DNA of 64,000 bases from Podarcis tiliguerta (Eukaryota). Shown piece by piece: positions 36,101-48,966 of the stretch. How positions within the stretch are numbered: the first letter of the stretch is position 1; each line of letters begins with the position of its first letter. Both the position numbers and the translations under genes were made by a program. Location of the stretch: assembly GCA_965153285.1 (NCBI GenBank), contig OZ229111.1, one strand, 5' to 3'. The notes under the pieces are model-generated. The model made no database searches. It saw only the letters and a program-made list of their open reading frames with translations, and was not told where the DNA came from.

Positions 36101-38170
36101 CTTCATAAAACTTAGGGAAGTGCTGGGTGAGATCCCATGGACAGTAATACTAAAAGGAAAGGGAGTTCATGATGGCTGGGAGTTTGTTAAGAGGGAGATA
36201 GTAAAAGCACAACTTCAGGCAATACCAATGATACGGAAACATGGAAGGTGCCTAAAGAAGCCAGGGTGGCTATCTAAAGAACTTTTAACTGAGTTAAGAT
36301 TAAAAAAGGATGTGTACAAAAAATGGAAAAGGGGGGAAACCACCAAAGAGGAATTCAAACAAATAGCACGTGTAGACACAAAGTCAGAAAAGCTAAAGCA
36401 CAGAATGAACTCAGGCTTGCTAGAGAGGTTAAAAGCAACAAAAAAGGCTTTTATGGGTATGTTTGTAGCAAAAGGAAGAACAAAGAAACAGTGGGGTTAC
36501 TCAGAGGAGAAGATGGTGAAATGCAAACAGGGGACACAGAAAGGGCTGAACTCCTCAATGCCTTCTTTGCCTCAGTCTTCTCCGATAAAGAAAACAATGC
36601 CCGACCTGAAGAATTTGGAGCAAATGATTCAGCAGAGGAAACGCAGCCCAGAATAACTAAGGGGATAGTACAAGAATACTTGGCTAGTTTAGATGTATTC
36701 AAGTCTCCAGGGCCAGATGAACTGCATCCAAGAGAACTGGCAGATGTGATCTCAGAACCACTGGTAGTCATCTTTGAGAATTTCTGGAGAACAGGCGAAG
36801 TCCCGGCAGACTGGAGGAGGGCAAATGTTGTCCCTATTTTCAAAAAGGGGAAAAGAGAGGACCCAAATAATTACCGCCCAGTCAGTCTGACATCAATACC
36901 AGGGAAGATTCTGGAGCAGATCATTAAGCAAACAGTCTGTGAGCACCTAGAAAGGAATGCTGTGATCACCAATAGTCAGCATGGATTTCTGAAAAATAAG
37001 TCATGTCAGACTAACCTGATCTTGTTTTTTGACAGAATTACGAGCCTGGTAGATGAAGGGAACGCAGTGGATGTAGCCTACCTTGATTTCAGCAAGGCAT
37101 TTGACAAGTTGCCCCATGATATTCTTGTAAAGAAGCTGGTAAAATGCGGTCTTGACTATGCTACCACTCAGTGGATTTGTAACTGGCTGACTGACCGAAC
37201 CCAAAGGGTGCTCATCAATGGTTCCTCTTCATCCTGGAGAAGAGTGACTAGTGGGGTGCCACAGGGTTCTGTCTTGGGCCCGGTCTTATTCAACATCTTT
37301 ATCAACGACTTGGATGATGGACTCAAGGGCATCCTGATCAAATTTGCAGATGACACCAAACTGGGAGGGGTGGCTAACACCTCAGAGGACAGGATCACAC
37401 TTCAAAACAACCTTGACAGATTAGAGAACTGGGCCAAAACAAACAAGATGAATTTTAACAGGGAGAAATGTAAAGTATTGCACTTGGGCAAAAAAAATGA
37501 GAGGCACAAATACAAGATGGGTGACACCTGGCTTGAGAGCAGTACATGTGAAAAGGATCTAGAAATCTTGGTTGACCACAAACTTGACATGAGCCAACAG
37601 TGTGACGCGGCAGCTAAAAAAGCCAATGCAATTCTGGGCTGCATCAATAGGAGTATAGCATATACTGTGTCCAGTTCTGGGCACCACAGTTCAAGAAGGA
37701 CACTGACAAACTGGAACGTGTCCAGAGGAGGGCAACCAAAATGGTCAAAGGCCTGGAAATGATGCCTTATGAGGAACGGCTAAGGGAGCTGGGCATGTTT
37801 AGCCTGGAGAAGAGGAGGTTAAGGGGTGATATGATAGCCATGTTCAAATATATAAAAGGATGTCACATAGAGGAGGGAGAAAGGTTGTTTTCTGCTGCTC
37901 CAGAGAAGCGGACACGGAGCAATGGATCCAAACTACAAGAAAGAAGATTCCACCTAAACATTAGGAAGAACTTCCTGACAGTAAGAGCTGTTCGACAGTG
38001 GAATTTGCTGCCAAGGAGTGTGGGGGAGTCTCCTTCTTTGGAGGTCTTTAAGCAGAGGCTTGACAACCATATGTCAGGAGTGCTCTGATGGTGTTTCCTG
38101 CTTGGCAGGGGGTTGGACTCGATGGCCCTTGTGGTCTCTTCCAACTCTATGATTCTATTCTATGATTCTA
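36101..38170 (+). mobile_element. CR1 LINE, 5'-truncated (~2.07 kb), with an ORF2 reverse transcriptase broken by small deletions/frameshifts
   Basis: RT motifs NYRPVSLTS, QHGF, YLDFSKAFD, GVPQGSVLGP, KFADDTKL; (GATTCTAT)n tail; TGACCA flanking duplication; frameshifts near 36367 and 37660. Confidence 0.95.
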
Positions 38171-38289
38171 TGACCAGCCCCAGAGGCACCATTCGCCTGG
38201 GGAGCTTGTAGCCAGAGCTGCTGCAACAAACAACTGTGCAAGCCTTTGGGAGGCAGAGATGTGAGAGGGCATCAGAGGAGGGAGGGAAG

Positions 38290-38291
38290 GA

Positions 38292-38346
<55 letters not shown>
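38290..38346. repeat. (GAAA)n microsatellite
   Basis: Seen directly in the sequence. Confidence 0.95.
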
Positions 38347-38347
<1 letters not shown>

Positions 38348-39867
38348 GGGACACAGGCCAGTGTTGCCTACAGCACTCCTGACCATCATTCAAGGCACTC
38401 CAGTGTGCCACTGGCTTATATATTTAGATATAAACCTTGCCTCTTTGTTTTGACAATAATTATCATCAGGGGTATTGCAAAACCCATGCACAATGGCAAA
38501 ATATATAAAGGCAAGATACACCATCTGTCTTCTACGCATAGTGTCAAAACTCTCCAGTACTAGATTTAAAAAATAAGATTGGTGGAAAAAGGAAGAATTA
38601 AAACAGGCTTGGAATCAGTGTATTAAGAATATCAAGTTCTCCTATCTTACAATCAACAGGGTATTGGCAGACCTTCATGAATTGCATATGAAGGAGTACC
38701 TTTGTAATTTAAAAGGTAGGAAAATAAGCCAGAGATGGCATATTTTGAGGACCCAAAGCATGAGCGATAGTTTTGGAAATGTGAAACATTATACCTAGTA
38801 AGGATGTGCATACAAGTATGAGACTTTGATCAAATATCATAGACGGTGGCAGTATGAAAGCTCAGACACAATAACGGCAATGAAGACAGCTCATCTGCAA
38901 GACACCGACTTACGTAAACTGAGTGTCCACATAGAGGAAGGAGTATGTTCGAATCATCCCAAAAGCTAACTTCTGGTTTGTTCTGCTTTTGTGTCCTACA
39001 GATGTGATTTGTACCCACAAGAGGGCACTGTGGCTTCATTGAAATCTTTCCTAAAGGGTGCAGCAAAGAGTAATTGCATTTTTAAACACTTGTTTTTGAA
39101 AAAACATTTCCAGAAGCTTTGCTTTTCCTTCAGTTTGGTCAGGGAGAGATGTGCAGAGAGTTGAAAGGTAGAGGAACCAAATTCAAAGTGCATATACTAG
39201 ACTACATTACAAGCTGCTTCATGCTCAGCCAGACCAATTGGTCCCTCTAGCTCAGTATTGTGAACACGTGACTGGCAGTGGCTCTCCAGGGTTTCAGGCT
39301 AGACTCTTTCCTAAGCCCCTACCTGGGGACACCAACAGCTGTACCTGGGACTGTGCATCCTTGAGGCATAAGGTGGTTCTCATCCCGCTGCTTGCCACCC
39401 CAAGTGACCTAACATTCCAGCTGCTCCCTTTCTGGACGTGTGGAATTCCCTGCCATAGTTCCTACAGTGTGGTATGTGAAGCCTTTAACTGTTGCCCCCC
39501 AAATGACAGGTGTAGGATCGATACCCCCACAAAAGACACAGATAAAAGTAACAAAGCATTATATTCGCATAAGGGGATGTCATATTCCTATTTTGATATT
39601 AGTGTAAGATTGCTTGGGTATGCAGTGCTTAGTTACTCAAGGTTATACAAACATAGTAACAGGTCTTTATAATGAAAAGAGTCTTCCGCAACTTATTAAA
39701 GCTTTTAGCCCCCCATCCTTTTTTTTTTTTTTTTACCCATACCAAATTCACCTCTCCTGCATCCCTGGTCAGTCACAAGTAGGGACAGATGCTTTATGCT
39801 CGTCGTCCTCTGCCTCAAGAGCCTCTGCTCCTTCTAGGGTAGTTGAACTGTATTAAAGAGTGCCTGC

Positions 39868-40197
39868 TAAGCCTCTTGGGCTTGCTGATCGTAAGGTTGG
39901 CAGTTGTAATCCGCGTGACGGGGTGAGTTCCCATTGCTCTGTTCCAGCTCCTGCCAACCTAGAAGTTCGAAAGCATACCAGCATGAGTAGATACCAGGTA
40001 CCGCTGTGGTGGGAAGGTAAACGGCATTTCCATGTGCTCTGGCTTCCGTCACAGTGCCAGAAGCCGTTTAGTCATGCTGGCCACATGACCCGGAAAGCTG
40101 GACAAACACTGGCTTCCTCGGCCTGAAAGCTGCACCCCATAGTCGAATTTGACTGGACTTAACTATCCAGGGGTCCTTTACCTTTTACCTTTACCTG
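39868..40197 (+). mobile_element. Sauria SINE, 5'-eroded
   Basis: GACGGGGTGAG..CTGCCAACCTAG..GTCATGCTGGCCACATGACC..(ACCTTT)n. Confidence 0.85.
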
Positions 40198-40484
40198 CTC
40201 AGGTTTTCTCTCCTGTCAGACCTCTCACTGAAACCTGCTACAGAGAACAGCTGCTTTCTTTAAACCTTGCCAACCCTTCACGACATGGTTGCTTGTTCTC
40301 AGCCACTAGCTCCCATCTTCATGTCCTGTCCACAGCACAGTCCTCTCAGAGATCTCCAACTGTGGCTGTCTCCCAGTTGCCTTAACAGAGCAGACTGTGC
40401 CTTTTCTTGGCCAAGACTTCTGACCAACCAAGCACTTACGCTTCTTGGGGCACCCTGCCCATTGGTTGTCTCTTTTTCTAAGTG

Positions 40485-40790
40485 CATAAGATGAGTCCTC
40501 CTGGATCAGGTTCACGGCCCATCTAGTCCAGCATCATGTCCTCACAGTGGCCAACCAGCCAGGAAACCCTCAACCAGGAGCAGAGCATTGTCCCCTCCTG
40601 TGGCTTCCAGCAACTGGTAGGTACTCCAAAGCATTACTGACTCAAGACTGTGGAAGCAGAGCGTAGACAGCATGGCTTAGTAGGTACCGACAGCACTCTC
40701 CATGAACTTGCCTTACCCTCTTTTAAAGCCATCTAGGTTGGTGGCCATCACTGCCTATTGTGGCAGCAAGTTCCATAGCTGAACTTCGCA
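40485..40790 (-). mobile_element. Old CR1 3' end (antisense)
   Basis: CATAAGA..CTGGATCAG..CCATCTAGTCCAGCATC..CTTTTAAAGCCATC; related to 15115. Confidence 0.65.
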
Positions 40791-40817
40791 CCACTGGTAG
40801 CCAGTCAGTTGTTCTGT

Positions 40818-41374
40818 GTTGTTTAGTCGTTTAGTCGTGTCCAATTCTTCGTGACCCCATGGACCAGAACATGCCAGGCACTCCTGCCTTCTGCTGCCTC
40901 CCGCAGTTTGGTCAGACTCATGTTTGTAGCTTCGAGAACACTGTCCAACCATCTCGTCCTCTGTCATCCCCTTCTGCTTGTGCCCTCAATCTTTACCAAC
41001 ATCAGGGTCTTTTCCAGGGAGTCTTCTCTTCTCATGAGGTGGCCAAAGTATTGGAGCCTCAGCTGTCCTTCCAGTGAGCACTCAGGGCTAATTTCCTTAA
41101 GAATGGATGTGTTTGATCTTCTTGCAGTCCATGGGACTCTCAAGAGTCTCCTTCAGCACCATAATTCAAAAGCATCAATTCTTCCCCTTCATGGATCACT
41201 GCCTTGCCGTGGCGAAGGGGCTTGAATAACTCGGAGAAGCTATGAGCTATGCCGTGCAGGGCCACCCAAGATGGACAGGTCATAGTGGAGAGTTTTGACC
41301 AAATGTGATCCACCTGGAGCAGGAACCGGCAAGCCACTCCAGTATCCCTGCCAAGAAAACTCCATGGACAAAGG
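40818..41374 (-). mobile_element. BovB (RTE) LINE insertion: 3' end on the - strand (40818-~41183) plus an inverted 5' segment (~41184-41374)
   Basis: GTTGTTTAGTCGTTTAGTCGTGTCC tail, AACCATCTCGTCCTCTGTC, GGTGGCCAAAGTATTGGAG; + strand GCCGTGCAGGGCCACCCAAGATGGACAGGTCATAGTGGAGAG; TSD CAGT(T/A)GTTCTGT. Confidence 0.85.
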
Positions 41375-42347
41375 CAGTAGTTCTGTATGGATCTTCTAAT
41401 CACCAACCAAATTTGTTCACCTATCCACATTGTATTCTCGTGTTCACCTGGATGGTGCATGAACAAGTGAACACTGTCAGCTTGAAGCCTCTTCCTCTTA
41501 GTAACGGTTGCTAAGGCAACCACAACGGTCTTCTCTCCGATACAAAGCAACGGCGCTAGTCTTCACCTTCTGGCTTGCTTGGTTACAAGACCAGCCATAA
41601 GCAGATGAAAAACTACAGCGGTTCTTCATGTTCCTCCTGGCTGAAACGAATGTGAGCATTCTGACTCTTCAGTATAAGGAACTCCTGGACTTGGCTCTCT
41701 TTCAAACAGGCAGCAGGATTCTGCAGGTGGTACACGTATATGCAAGATCATCCATTTTCGCCATGTTCCCTTGATTAAGATGCCTGCCCCCCTCCCTGAA
41801 AGTCTATGTAGCTGCTAAGCAGATCCTGGTGGACCAGATGCAGCTGTGCATCTCAGCATGGGTGACATTTCCTGCTGTGTTTAGAGTTACAAACTGATGA
41901 TTTTTTTCCCCTATAGGAGGTGTACCTCTGCTTAGAGGTGTCATGTGAAAAAAGGCTACTGATGTATTCATATTTTTTTTAAAAAAACCACAATAACTTT
42001 TTAGAGCTTGATGTTGACCCTAACCTTGTCTGTGCTGTCTATTCTTCTCTTACATCTTTTTTTAGTCCCATTGCTCTCTTTCTTCAAATCTCCTGCCACA
42101 CTTGGCTTCCTTAGGTGCAGGGACCTCTTCCAACCGAGCTTTGCGATCATCAGGTTCTCTTAATTGCCATTCGCTTCAATCCACAACATGTTAGTCCCTG
42201 CCAAAATGACCTTTCATTTGCCTCATTATGAACATTCCATGACTGATACCAGAGCAGCTCTGCTAACAAAATACCTTGGTGTGTTGTGATATAGGTGGGA
42301 ATTTATATCCATGTTTACTATAACAAGGGTAACCTGCTGCTACAGTA

Positions 42348-42696
42348 AAGGTAAAGGTACCCCTGCCCGTATGGGCCAGTCGTGTCCAACTCTGGGGTTG
42401 CGCGCCCATCTCGCTTAAGAGGCCGGGGGCCAGCGCTGTCCGAAGACACTTCCAGGTCACGTGGCCAGCGTGACAAGCTGCATCTGGCGAGCCAGCGCAG
42501 CACACAGAAATGCCGTTTACCTTCCTGCTAGTAAGCGGTCCCTATTTATCTACTTGCACCTGAGGGTGCTTTCGAACTGCTAGGTTGGCAGGCGCTGGGA
42601 CCGAGCAACGGGAGCGCACCCCGCCGCGGGGATTCGAACCTGACGATCGGCAAGTCCTAGGTGCTGAGGTTTTACCCACAGCGCCACCTGCGTCCC
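42348..42696 (-). mobile_element. Sauria SINE, full length, young
   Basis: Perfect 12-bp TSD GCTGCTACAGTA (42336-42347 and 42697-42708); AAAGGT tail; CpG-rich. Confidence 0.92.
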
Positions 42697-43484
42697 GCTG
42701 CTACAGTAGAGGCCCTTAAATTTTTGTGTGTGTGTGGTGAGTCTCACTAATTCACTAAAGCACTTACACAAGTAGATGCAAAACAAATGGATGGTCTAGC
42801 AGGACACACATTTACAATAGGAGCTTTGTAATAATAAGCCAGTGATCAATCAACCAGAGCTCAGGTCCAGTTTACCCATCATACGCATTGCTTCTAAAAT
42901 GTGCCTCTTATGAACCGTGTGAGAATTGTTATTGCTCAGAATTGCACATGCAAATTAAAGCCATATAATGTTAGCCTTACTTTTATCCTTCCCCAATGAG
43001 TCTCTATCCTTGGGCACCTATGATATATGGGTCCTTTTAACTTTTGAAGGCCCTGATCATATACGGTACTTCTAGCAGAGAGAAAATACTGCTTATATGC
43101 GCTATTGACCATTAACTTCAAACAGGTTTTCACAATCTGTTAACCCAGATTATCTTCCAGTCATTCAGTTACAGTGAGCAAAAATGTCTGAGAGATGTAA
43201 TTATTCTGGGTTTTGTTTTTGGGTTTTTTCTTTTGTCTGAGTTTGCAGGGCTTTACGGTTCCTAGAGATGGATTGTGGCTAATGCTTATCTCTTCATTTC
43301 ATACAAAGTACATGCAGAAACATGTGGATGCTCAAATCCACTTATATGCACAAGCTTGAATTAATCAGGAGAGCCATTGCAATTCAGTGACAAAATGCAC
43401 CCACTTTTAAAGCCACACACTTTGGGGTCTAATCCTGCTGCCCATCTATCTGGTGCCCAGAATGTCTGGTTTATATAACATCAG

Positions 43485-43853
43485 ACCCTCCGAGTGTGCC
43501 TATTTTCTAGGGATGTCCCTAGAACTGTCCCAGTTTCTGATTTGAACCCAGAATATCCAACTTTTCCTTAGGATGTCCCTATTTTCACTGGAGAAATGTT
43601 TGAGGGTATGGATGCCCCTATTTTCATTGGAGAAATGTTGGGGGGTATGGAGTTATCTAAACCCTCAGCCATCTGAAGGCAATCCTGTAGGGGAAGTTTT
43701 AAATAAAATTTAATGTTTTATTATGTTTTTATCTATGTTGGAAGCTGTCCAGAGTGACTGGGGCAACCCAGTAAAATGTGTGGGGTATAAATAGTAAAAT
43801 TATCATTATGGAATGGGATGTTCCCTATTTTTACCAGATAAATGTTGGAGGGT
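43485..43853. mobile_element. Unclassified non-autonomous element with TCCCTATTTT subrepeats that has captured an L2-like 3' tail
   Basis: Repeated CCCTATTTTCA..GGAGAAATGTT; termini ACCCTCC / GGAGGGT; internal CCAGAGTGACTGGGGCAACCCAG. Confidence 0.55.
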
Positions 43854-44312
43854 ACATCATATGTGCAAACTGGAAACCACGGTAAGCTAAAGGGAAAATG
43901 CTCCTTCCACCTGAGCAGACCAATTGTGTGAGTATATTGCCATTGCTCCAAGTTGCATTGAACATTTTAAAAATAACTTTCCATCTTATGCACTTCTTTT
44001 TCTTGTTGAGAGTGCATTTAAATGGAAGTGAGATGGATGTAAATCAATTCCGCATTGTATAGGAAAGAGCCTATAAGCGAAGAATATATCAAAGCAAAAG
44101 GCAGATATATTTAGAAGGGCTCCACCTTTACAGTAAATAAATGTTGCTGTACTTGGAACATCCTGATGTTGCATACCATAAGGATTTGCTGAAGTGCAAA
44201 GGAAAGGAGGGAGGAGCTGGGTGATTTGTGTTACGATTTCCACTCTTCTCTTTTGTCACATTAGGATAGTTGTTCTCAGCGGAAGGGAAGGTTAGCTAAG
44301 GTTACCATTCTA

Positions 44313-44900
44313 CAGGGGTGGGGAACCTCTGGTTGGTGTACCAACCTTGCCCACTAGGGGCTCCAAATTGGCCTGCTAGGCTGTTTTCTCCAAACCACAC
44401 CCACCTACTGACATCACTGGTGATGTCAGCTGATGGGTGGGAAGAGAGGGTTTAAATCAGAGGTCGGCAAGGTTTACTGGGCCAGTTCATTGCCGTGGAG
44501 ATCGCTCCGTGGACTGGATCGTGTCAGCGCAGATGCGATTTTTGGCGTCTGTGTCTGCGCAGATGTGATTTCCAGCACCGCGGAAGTGAGTCCCCGCACC
44601 GCACTGCACCGGTTTAGCGCAGCGCATGGGGACTCACTGAGCGGGCGACTCGTTTCGGGAGCAGCTCGTGGGCTGGTTAAATGACCCTTGTTGGCCGCTT
44701 GTGGCCCATGGGCCTTAGGTTTAAATCCTCCCTTGGCTGCCCAGTTCCCAGGAAGGAACAGGATCACACAGCCAAGACAGCAGGATTTAATCTCTGCTCA
44801 TCAATTGATTAAATCCTGCTCAAAAGCACTGTTTTAAGCAGCTTGTGTATAACTCCTGCGAATGGGTGGTTGATAGCAGTGGGCTGGGGGCAAAGTCTCA
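44313..44900. mobile_element. Nested hAT MITEs (inner element 44458-44718)
   Basis: Outer terminus CAGGGGTGGGGAACCT; inner CAGAGGTCGGCAAGG flanked by an 8-bp GTTTAAAT duplication; internal dyads at 44408-44429 and 44779-44820. Confidence 0.6.
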
Positions 44901-45288
44901 TGTTTCAACATGGGGTCTGCCTTAAAGCGCTTCTCAAAAGGGCTGTCTGAAGCACTTTAAAGGCAAAGGGGGGGGGGCAGCTTTGTAACCCAGCGCTAAG
45001 CAGGATCGCTCTCTCTTCACAGCAGCTGATGCAATGGAGGAACAATCTTGCTAAGTGCTGGGCGTTTGCAAGCAACAGCAGAATTGCTTGCAAATTTCTC
45101 TGCTTTTCTGCTTTTGCTTGGGAAAGGTGTGCTTCTGTAATGCGGTAGAAATTTAACAGGTGTGTTTGGCATGTATGTGTATATTGTAGCTTGCTTCATG
45201 GTTTTATTTTTAGATTTATGAGGCATGGTGGCATAGGAAAAGGGGTTAAAAACCCCCAATTAAACTCTTACCAACACCCAAATTACAA

Positions 45289-45289
<1 letters not shown>

Positions 45290-45333
<44 letters not shown>

Positions 45334-45472
45334 TTATTATTTGTACCCCGCCCATCTGGCTGGGTTTCCCCAGCCACTCTGGGCGGTTTCCATAGAAACC
45401 AAAAATACACTAAAATAACACAGATTAAAAACTTCCCTGAACAGGGCTGCCTTAAGATGCAGGGCTGCCTTA
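45290..45472 (-). mobile_element. L2-like LINE 3' end with (TAA)n tail
   Basis: (AAT)n then TACCCCGCCCATCTGGCTGGGTTTCCCCAGCCACTCTGGGCGG; sister copies at 49075 and 56500. Confidence 0.7.
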
Positions 45473-45912
45473 ATAAGCAGCAAGGGCAATAATAAACGGA
45501 AAGCACTAAAAGAGCAATATATAAGTGTCAATTTAGGTATCCATTTTAGCATAAAGTCTGAACAGAGTCCAACAGCATAATAAAACCCTGACCTACCTTT
45601 TTAATTAAAAGCAGTCTGAAACAGAAACGTTTTCAGAAAGCATGAGAAGGGGTCAGCTGTGTCTCCTGATATGGAATGGAAGTATTGGGTTGACTGAAGT
45701 GACATCTGACAAATGTTGCACATGACCTGTGCATAGCTCTTGATGGGTCTTTGCATCTCCAGTGAATTCCGAACCAAGAGCTATGTATTGGGTGGCACCT
45801 TGAAAGAGTCAGCATAGGCCATAGGGAAAATGTTCTGGGCCATCTCTGGGCAGGGGATGCTCCCAGTCCTGTTTGGAGATGTAAGGTATTGAACCTGGAA
45901 CCTTCTGAATGA

Positions 45913-46165
45913 AAAGAAGAAGAAAAGAAGAAGAGTTTGGATTTGATATCCCGCTTTATCACTACCCGAAGGAGTCTCAAAGCGGCTAACATTCTCCTTT
46001 CCCTTCCTCCCCCACAACAAACATTCTGTGAGGTGAGTGGGGCTGAGAGACTTCAGAGAAGTGTGACTAGCCCAAGGTCACCCAGCAGCTGCATGTGGGG
46101 ACAAGAAACCTGGTTCCCCAGATTACGAGTCTACCGCTCTTAACCACTACACCACACTGGCTCTC
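45913..46165 (-). mobile_element. Squam3 SINE
   Basis: Reverse complement of the 21657 copy with a small internal deletion. Confidence 0.9.
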
Positions 46166-46200
46166 CAGTGCTTTGCCACTGAGCTACAGTACATCCCAGT

Positions 46201-46535
46201 CAGGGGTGGAGGAAGGGGTGTGTGGGCTGCCCTGGGTGTCACCACTGAGGAGGGGTGACAAAATGCCGGGTGGCACTCACTGCGGGGCCTGCAGCACACC
46301 CAAGCCACACATCTCTCCTGGAAGTGACGCGGTGGCTTGGGCACCCACAGGCTCTGTACTGCCTCCAGCTCCCCCTCAGCTGTAGGGCGGCTGAGTGGGA
46401 GGAGGCAGGCAGACTCCTCAGAGGCCCCGCGGAGCGTCCTGCCCCAGCTTGCCCCACCTCGCAGGCGGCTGGCCCTGCCCCTGGGTGCACGGAACACTCG
46501 CCACCCCAGGCGCCCGATCGGCTTGATCCCATCCC
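46201..46535 (+). mobile_element. GC-rich non-autonomous hAT-like element, copy 2
   Basis: Terminus CAGGGGTGGAGGAAG; homologous to the 9284 and 62836 copies. Confidence 0.65.
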
Positions 46536-46779
46536 CAAAACACACCTGTAATTTCTTACAGTGTTATCTTTTGAAGCTTCTGCTCAAGTGAGCTCTGACC
46601 CACAACAGCTGGTGCTCCAGTAAATTTGTTGGCCTTATGGCACAGGAGCTACTAATTAAATTTGATGTTTTTATCTAATCAGGGAGAGTCAAGATTTAAA
46701 ATAGTTGATTTGCCCCCCCCAAAAAAAACACCTGTTTTAATAAATACTGATAGGTGATTTAATTATCTATTTTGGACAT

Positions 46780-47330
46780 TTTTATCCTTTCTAAAAAATA
46801 AAATAGATTCCAAGGTAGCTCACAAGAAAATGAAAAAAAGCAAAGCAATTTCTCAGCATCTAAACAGTTGCATAACATCATAAGCATCTAATCCAAATCT
46901 AATAATAAAATCCATAATAAAAAGCCTATTGGAATAAAAAGGTTTTGACAGACCAGTTAAAACCTGGCAGAAAGGGGATAGTACCACCACCAAGAAGACC
47001 CTGCTCCTGGCACCTGCAAGTCTGATCTTGACTAAGGCGGGCCATAGAGGAAGACCTCTGATACAGGTCTTAGGCCTCAGCTAATCACATTTGAGCATAA
47101 CCCGCCGTTCGCATAACTTGCTCCTGTGCCGTTAAGGGCCTTTAAAGATCAACGGTGAGACATGAAAATTGAGTCTGTAAATGAATGGTCATAGTCAATG
47201 GTCATAGTGAATATAGGACTGGTGCAAGATGTGTTGAGCTTGACCCCCTTCCTTGAACCTGTAGTTTTGGACCAGTCCCCATTTCCAAATTGTCTTTAAA
47301 GGCAGTTTTATGTGTGTTTGCACTGTCATG
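46780..47330 (-). mobile_element. Degenerate L2-like LINE fragment
   Basis: ACCACCACCAAGAAGACCCTGCTCC, AGGGCCTTTAAAG and GACCAG..TTTCCAAATTGTCTTTAAAGGCAG resemble the antisense L2 ORF2 end. Confidence 0.45.
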
Positions 47331-47331
47331 A

Positions 47332-47588
47332 AGAGCCAGTGTGGTGTAGTGGTTAAGAGCGGTAGTCTCCTAATCTGGGGAACCGGGTTCGCGTCTCCGC
47401 TCCTCCACATGCAGCTGCTGGGTGACCTTGGGCCAGTCACACTTCTCTGAAGTCTCTCAGCCCCACTCACCTCACAGAGTGTTTGTTGTGGGGGAGGAAG
47501 GGAAAGGAGAATGTTAGCCGCTTTGAGACTCCTTAAAGGGAGTGAAAGGCGGGATATCAAATCCAAACTCTTCTTCTTCTTCTTCTTC
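47332..47588 (+). mobile_element. Squam3 SINE, full length
   Basis: A/B boxes, (CTT)n tail, TCATGAAG flanking duplication. Confidence 0.9.
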
Positions 47589-47751
47589 ATGAAGTGTGAC
47601 ATTTGCATGCAAACCTGTAGTTCTCGTATGCAATCCTGACACCTGTTTTAGGATTATTTGACAGTGAGGTCTTGGTGTGTCACAATACTGGCACCTTAAT
47701 GCTTTTTAACTGCATACAGAGCCAGAGAGTGATAGTTGTCTGCGTAGAATA

Positions 47752-48108
47752 ATAAAGATAAAGGGACCCTTGACCATTAGGTCCAGTCGTGACCGACTCT
47801 GGGGTTGCGCGCTCATCTCGCTCTATAGGCCGAGGGAGCCAGTGTTTGTCCGCAGACAGCTTCTGGGTCATGTGGCCAGCATGACTAAGCTGCTTCTGGC
47901 GAACCAGAGCAGCACACAGAAATGCCGTTTACCTTCCCGCCTGAGTGGTACCTATTTATCTACTTGCACTTTGACGTGCTTTCGAACTGCTAGGTTGGCA
48001 GGAGCAGGGACCGAGCAACGGGAGCTCACCCCGTCGCAGGGATTCGAACCGCCGACCTTCTGATCGGCAAATCCTAGGCTCTGTGGTTTAACCCACAGTG
48101 CCACCCAT
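47752..48108 (-). mobile_element. Sauria SINE, near full length
   Basis: Reverse complement of the 6656 type; TSD GTAGAATA. Confidence 0.9.
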
Positions 48109-48966
48109 GTAGAATACCAGGCAGCAATTTTTATAGTATTTTGTAAGTGGTAGCGTCACCCTTATTCCAAAGAACTCATTCCCTCTCTTCCCCCATCCTT
48201 GGTGTAAGTGTGTGCGCACGTGTTGAGAGAAACCATTTTGTGACTACAATAGGACTTTGACTGCAGAAAAATATATAGGCCTGCTCTGAAGATGGAGATG
48301 CTCCGAGCTTCACTTTGCTTATGGCGAGTAACTGCATGAATTGCATGAATGACAGATCTGGTGCCTGTCAAGGAGCAAAGGAAAGACAAATTAGGAATCT
48401 TAGCTGGGAAGCATACTACTTCAAGAGATAATGCATGTAGTATTCCTGTCAATCTGATGGATTGTTATGTTTCGGTTCACGGAGTTTTATCCCAACCTGA
48501 AACAAGATTGATCATTGGGACAGTTTTATTGCTGTCTATAACAGGTGTCACTGTCTTTTTTTTAATGTCCAGGTTAGCCTAAATCAGGCAGTCTGAGTGT
48601 ACATTTTAACACAAAGGGAAATAATTTTTGTTACAGTTTTACCCCAGGTAAGTGCTTAAAGCTATGAATGAAGGAGCTTGTGAGGAACAGCCGACACCAT
48701 CATTCACGCAAGGCGTTCTCCTGAATAATGATGGACATCCCCTGAGACACCACAAGGAGGCTCAAAGGAAAGGACGGGAATTAAGTTGTCAGCAAAAGTT
48801 GATTTGCACAATCGCAGGCAAGGCAAGGTGGAATAACCTAACTTATGGGAGGCTGTTGTCTAAAACAGAACGAGGAAATTGGAGCACTGTGAAAATTTAT
48901 TAAAATCATAGCACTTTTGTTTCCATTTATGTAACGCAGTTACATACTAAGTGAAATAACAAAAGA

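Noticed and set aside
36323-37762. 479-aa reverse transcriptase as part of a novel RT system
   Set aside because: It is an ordinary CR1 ORF2 fragment with a CR1 tail, no endonuclease or ORF1, and frameshifts.
44408-44820. Palindromes CTGACATCAC-TG-GTGATGTCAG and AGCAGGATTTAATC..GATTAAATCCTGCT as regulatory dyads
   Set aside because: They lie within a hAT MITE, where internal dyads are expected.
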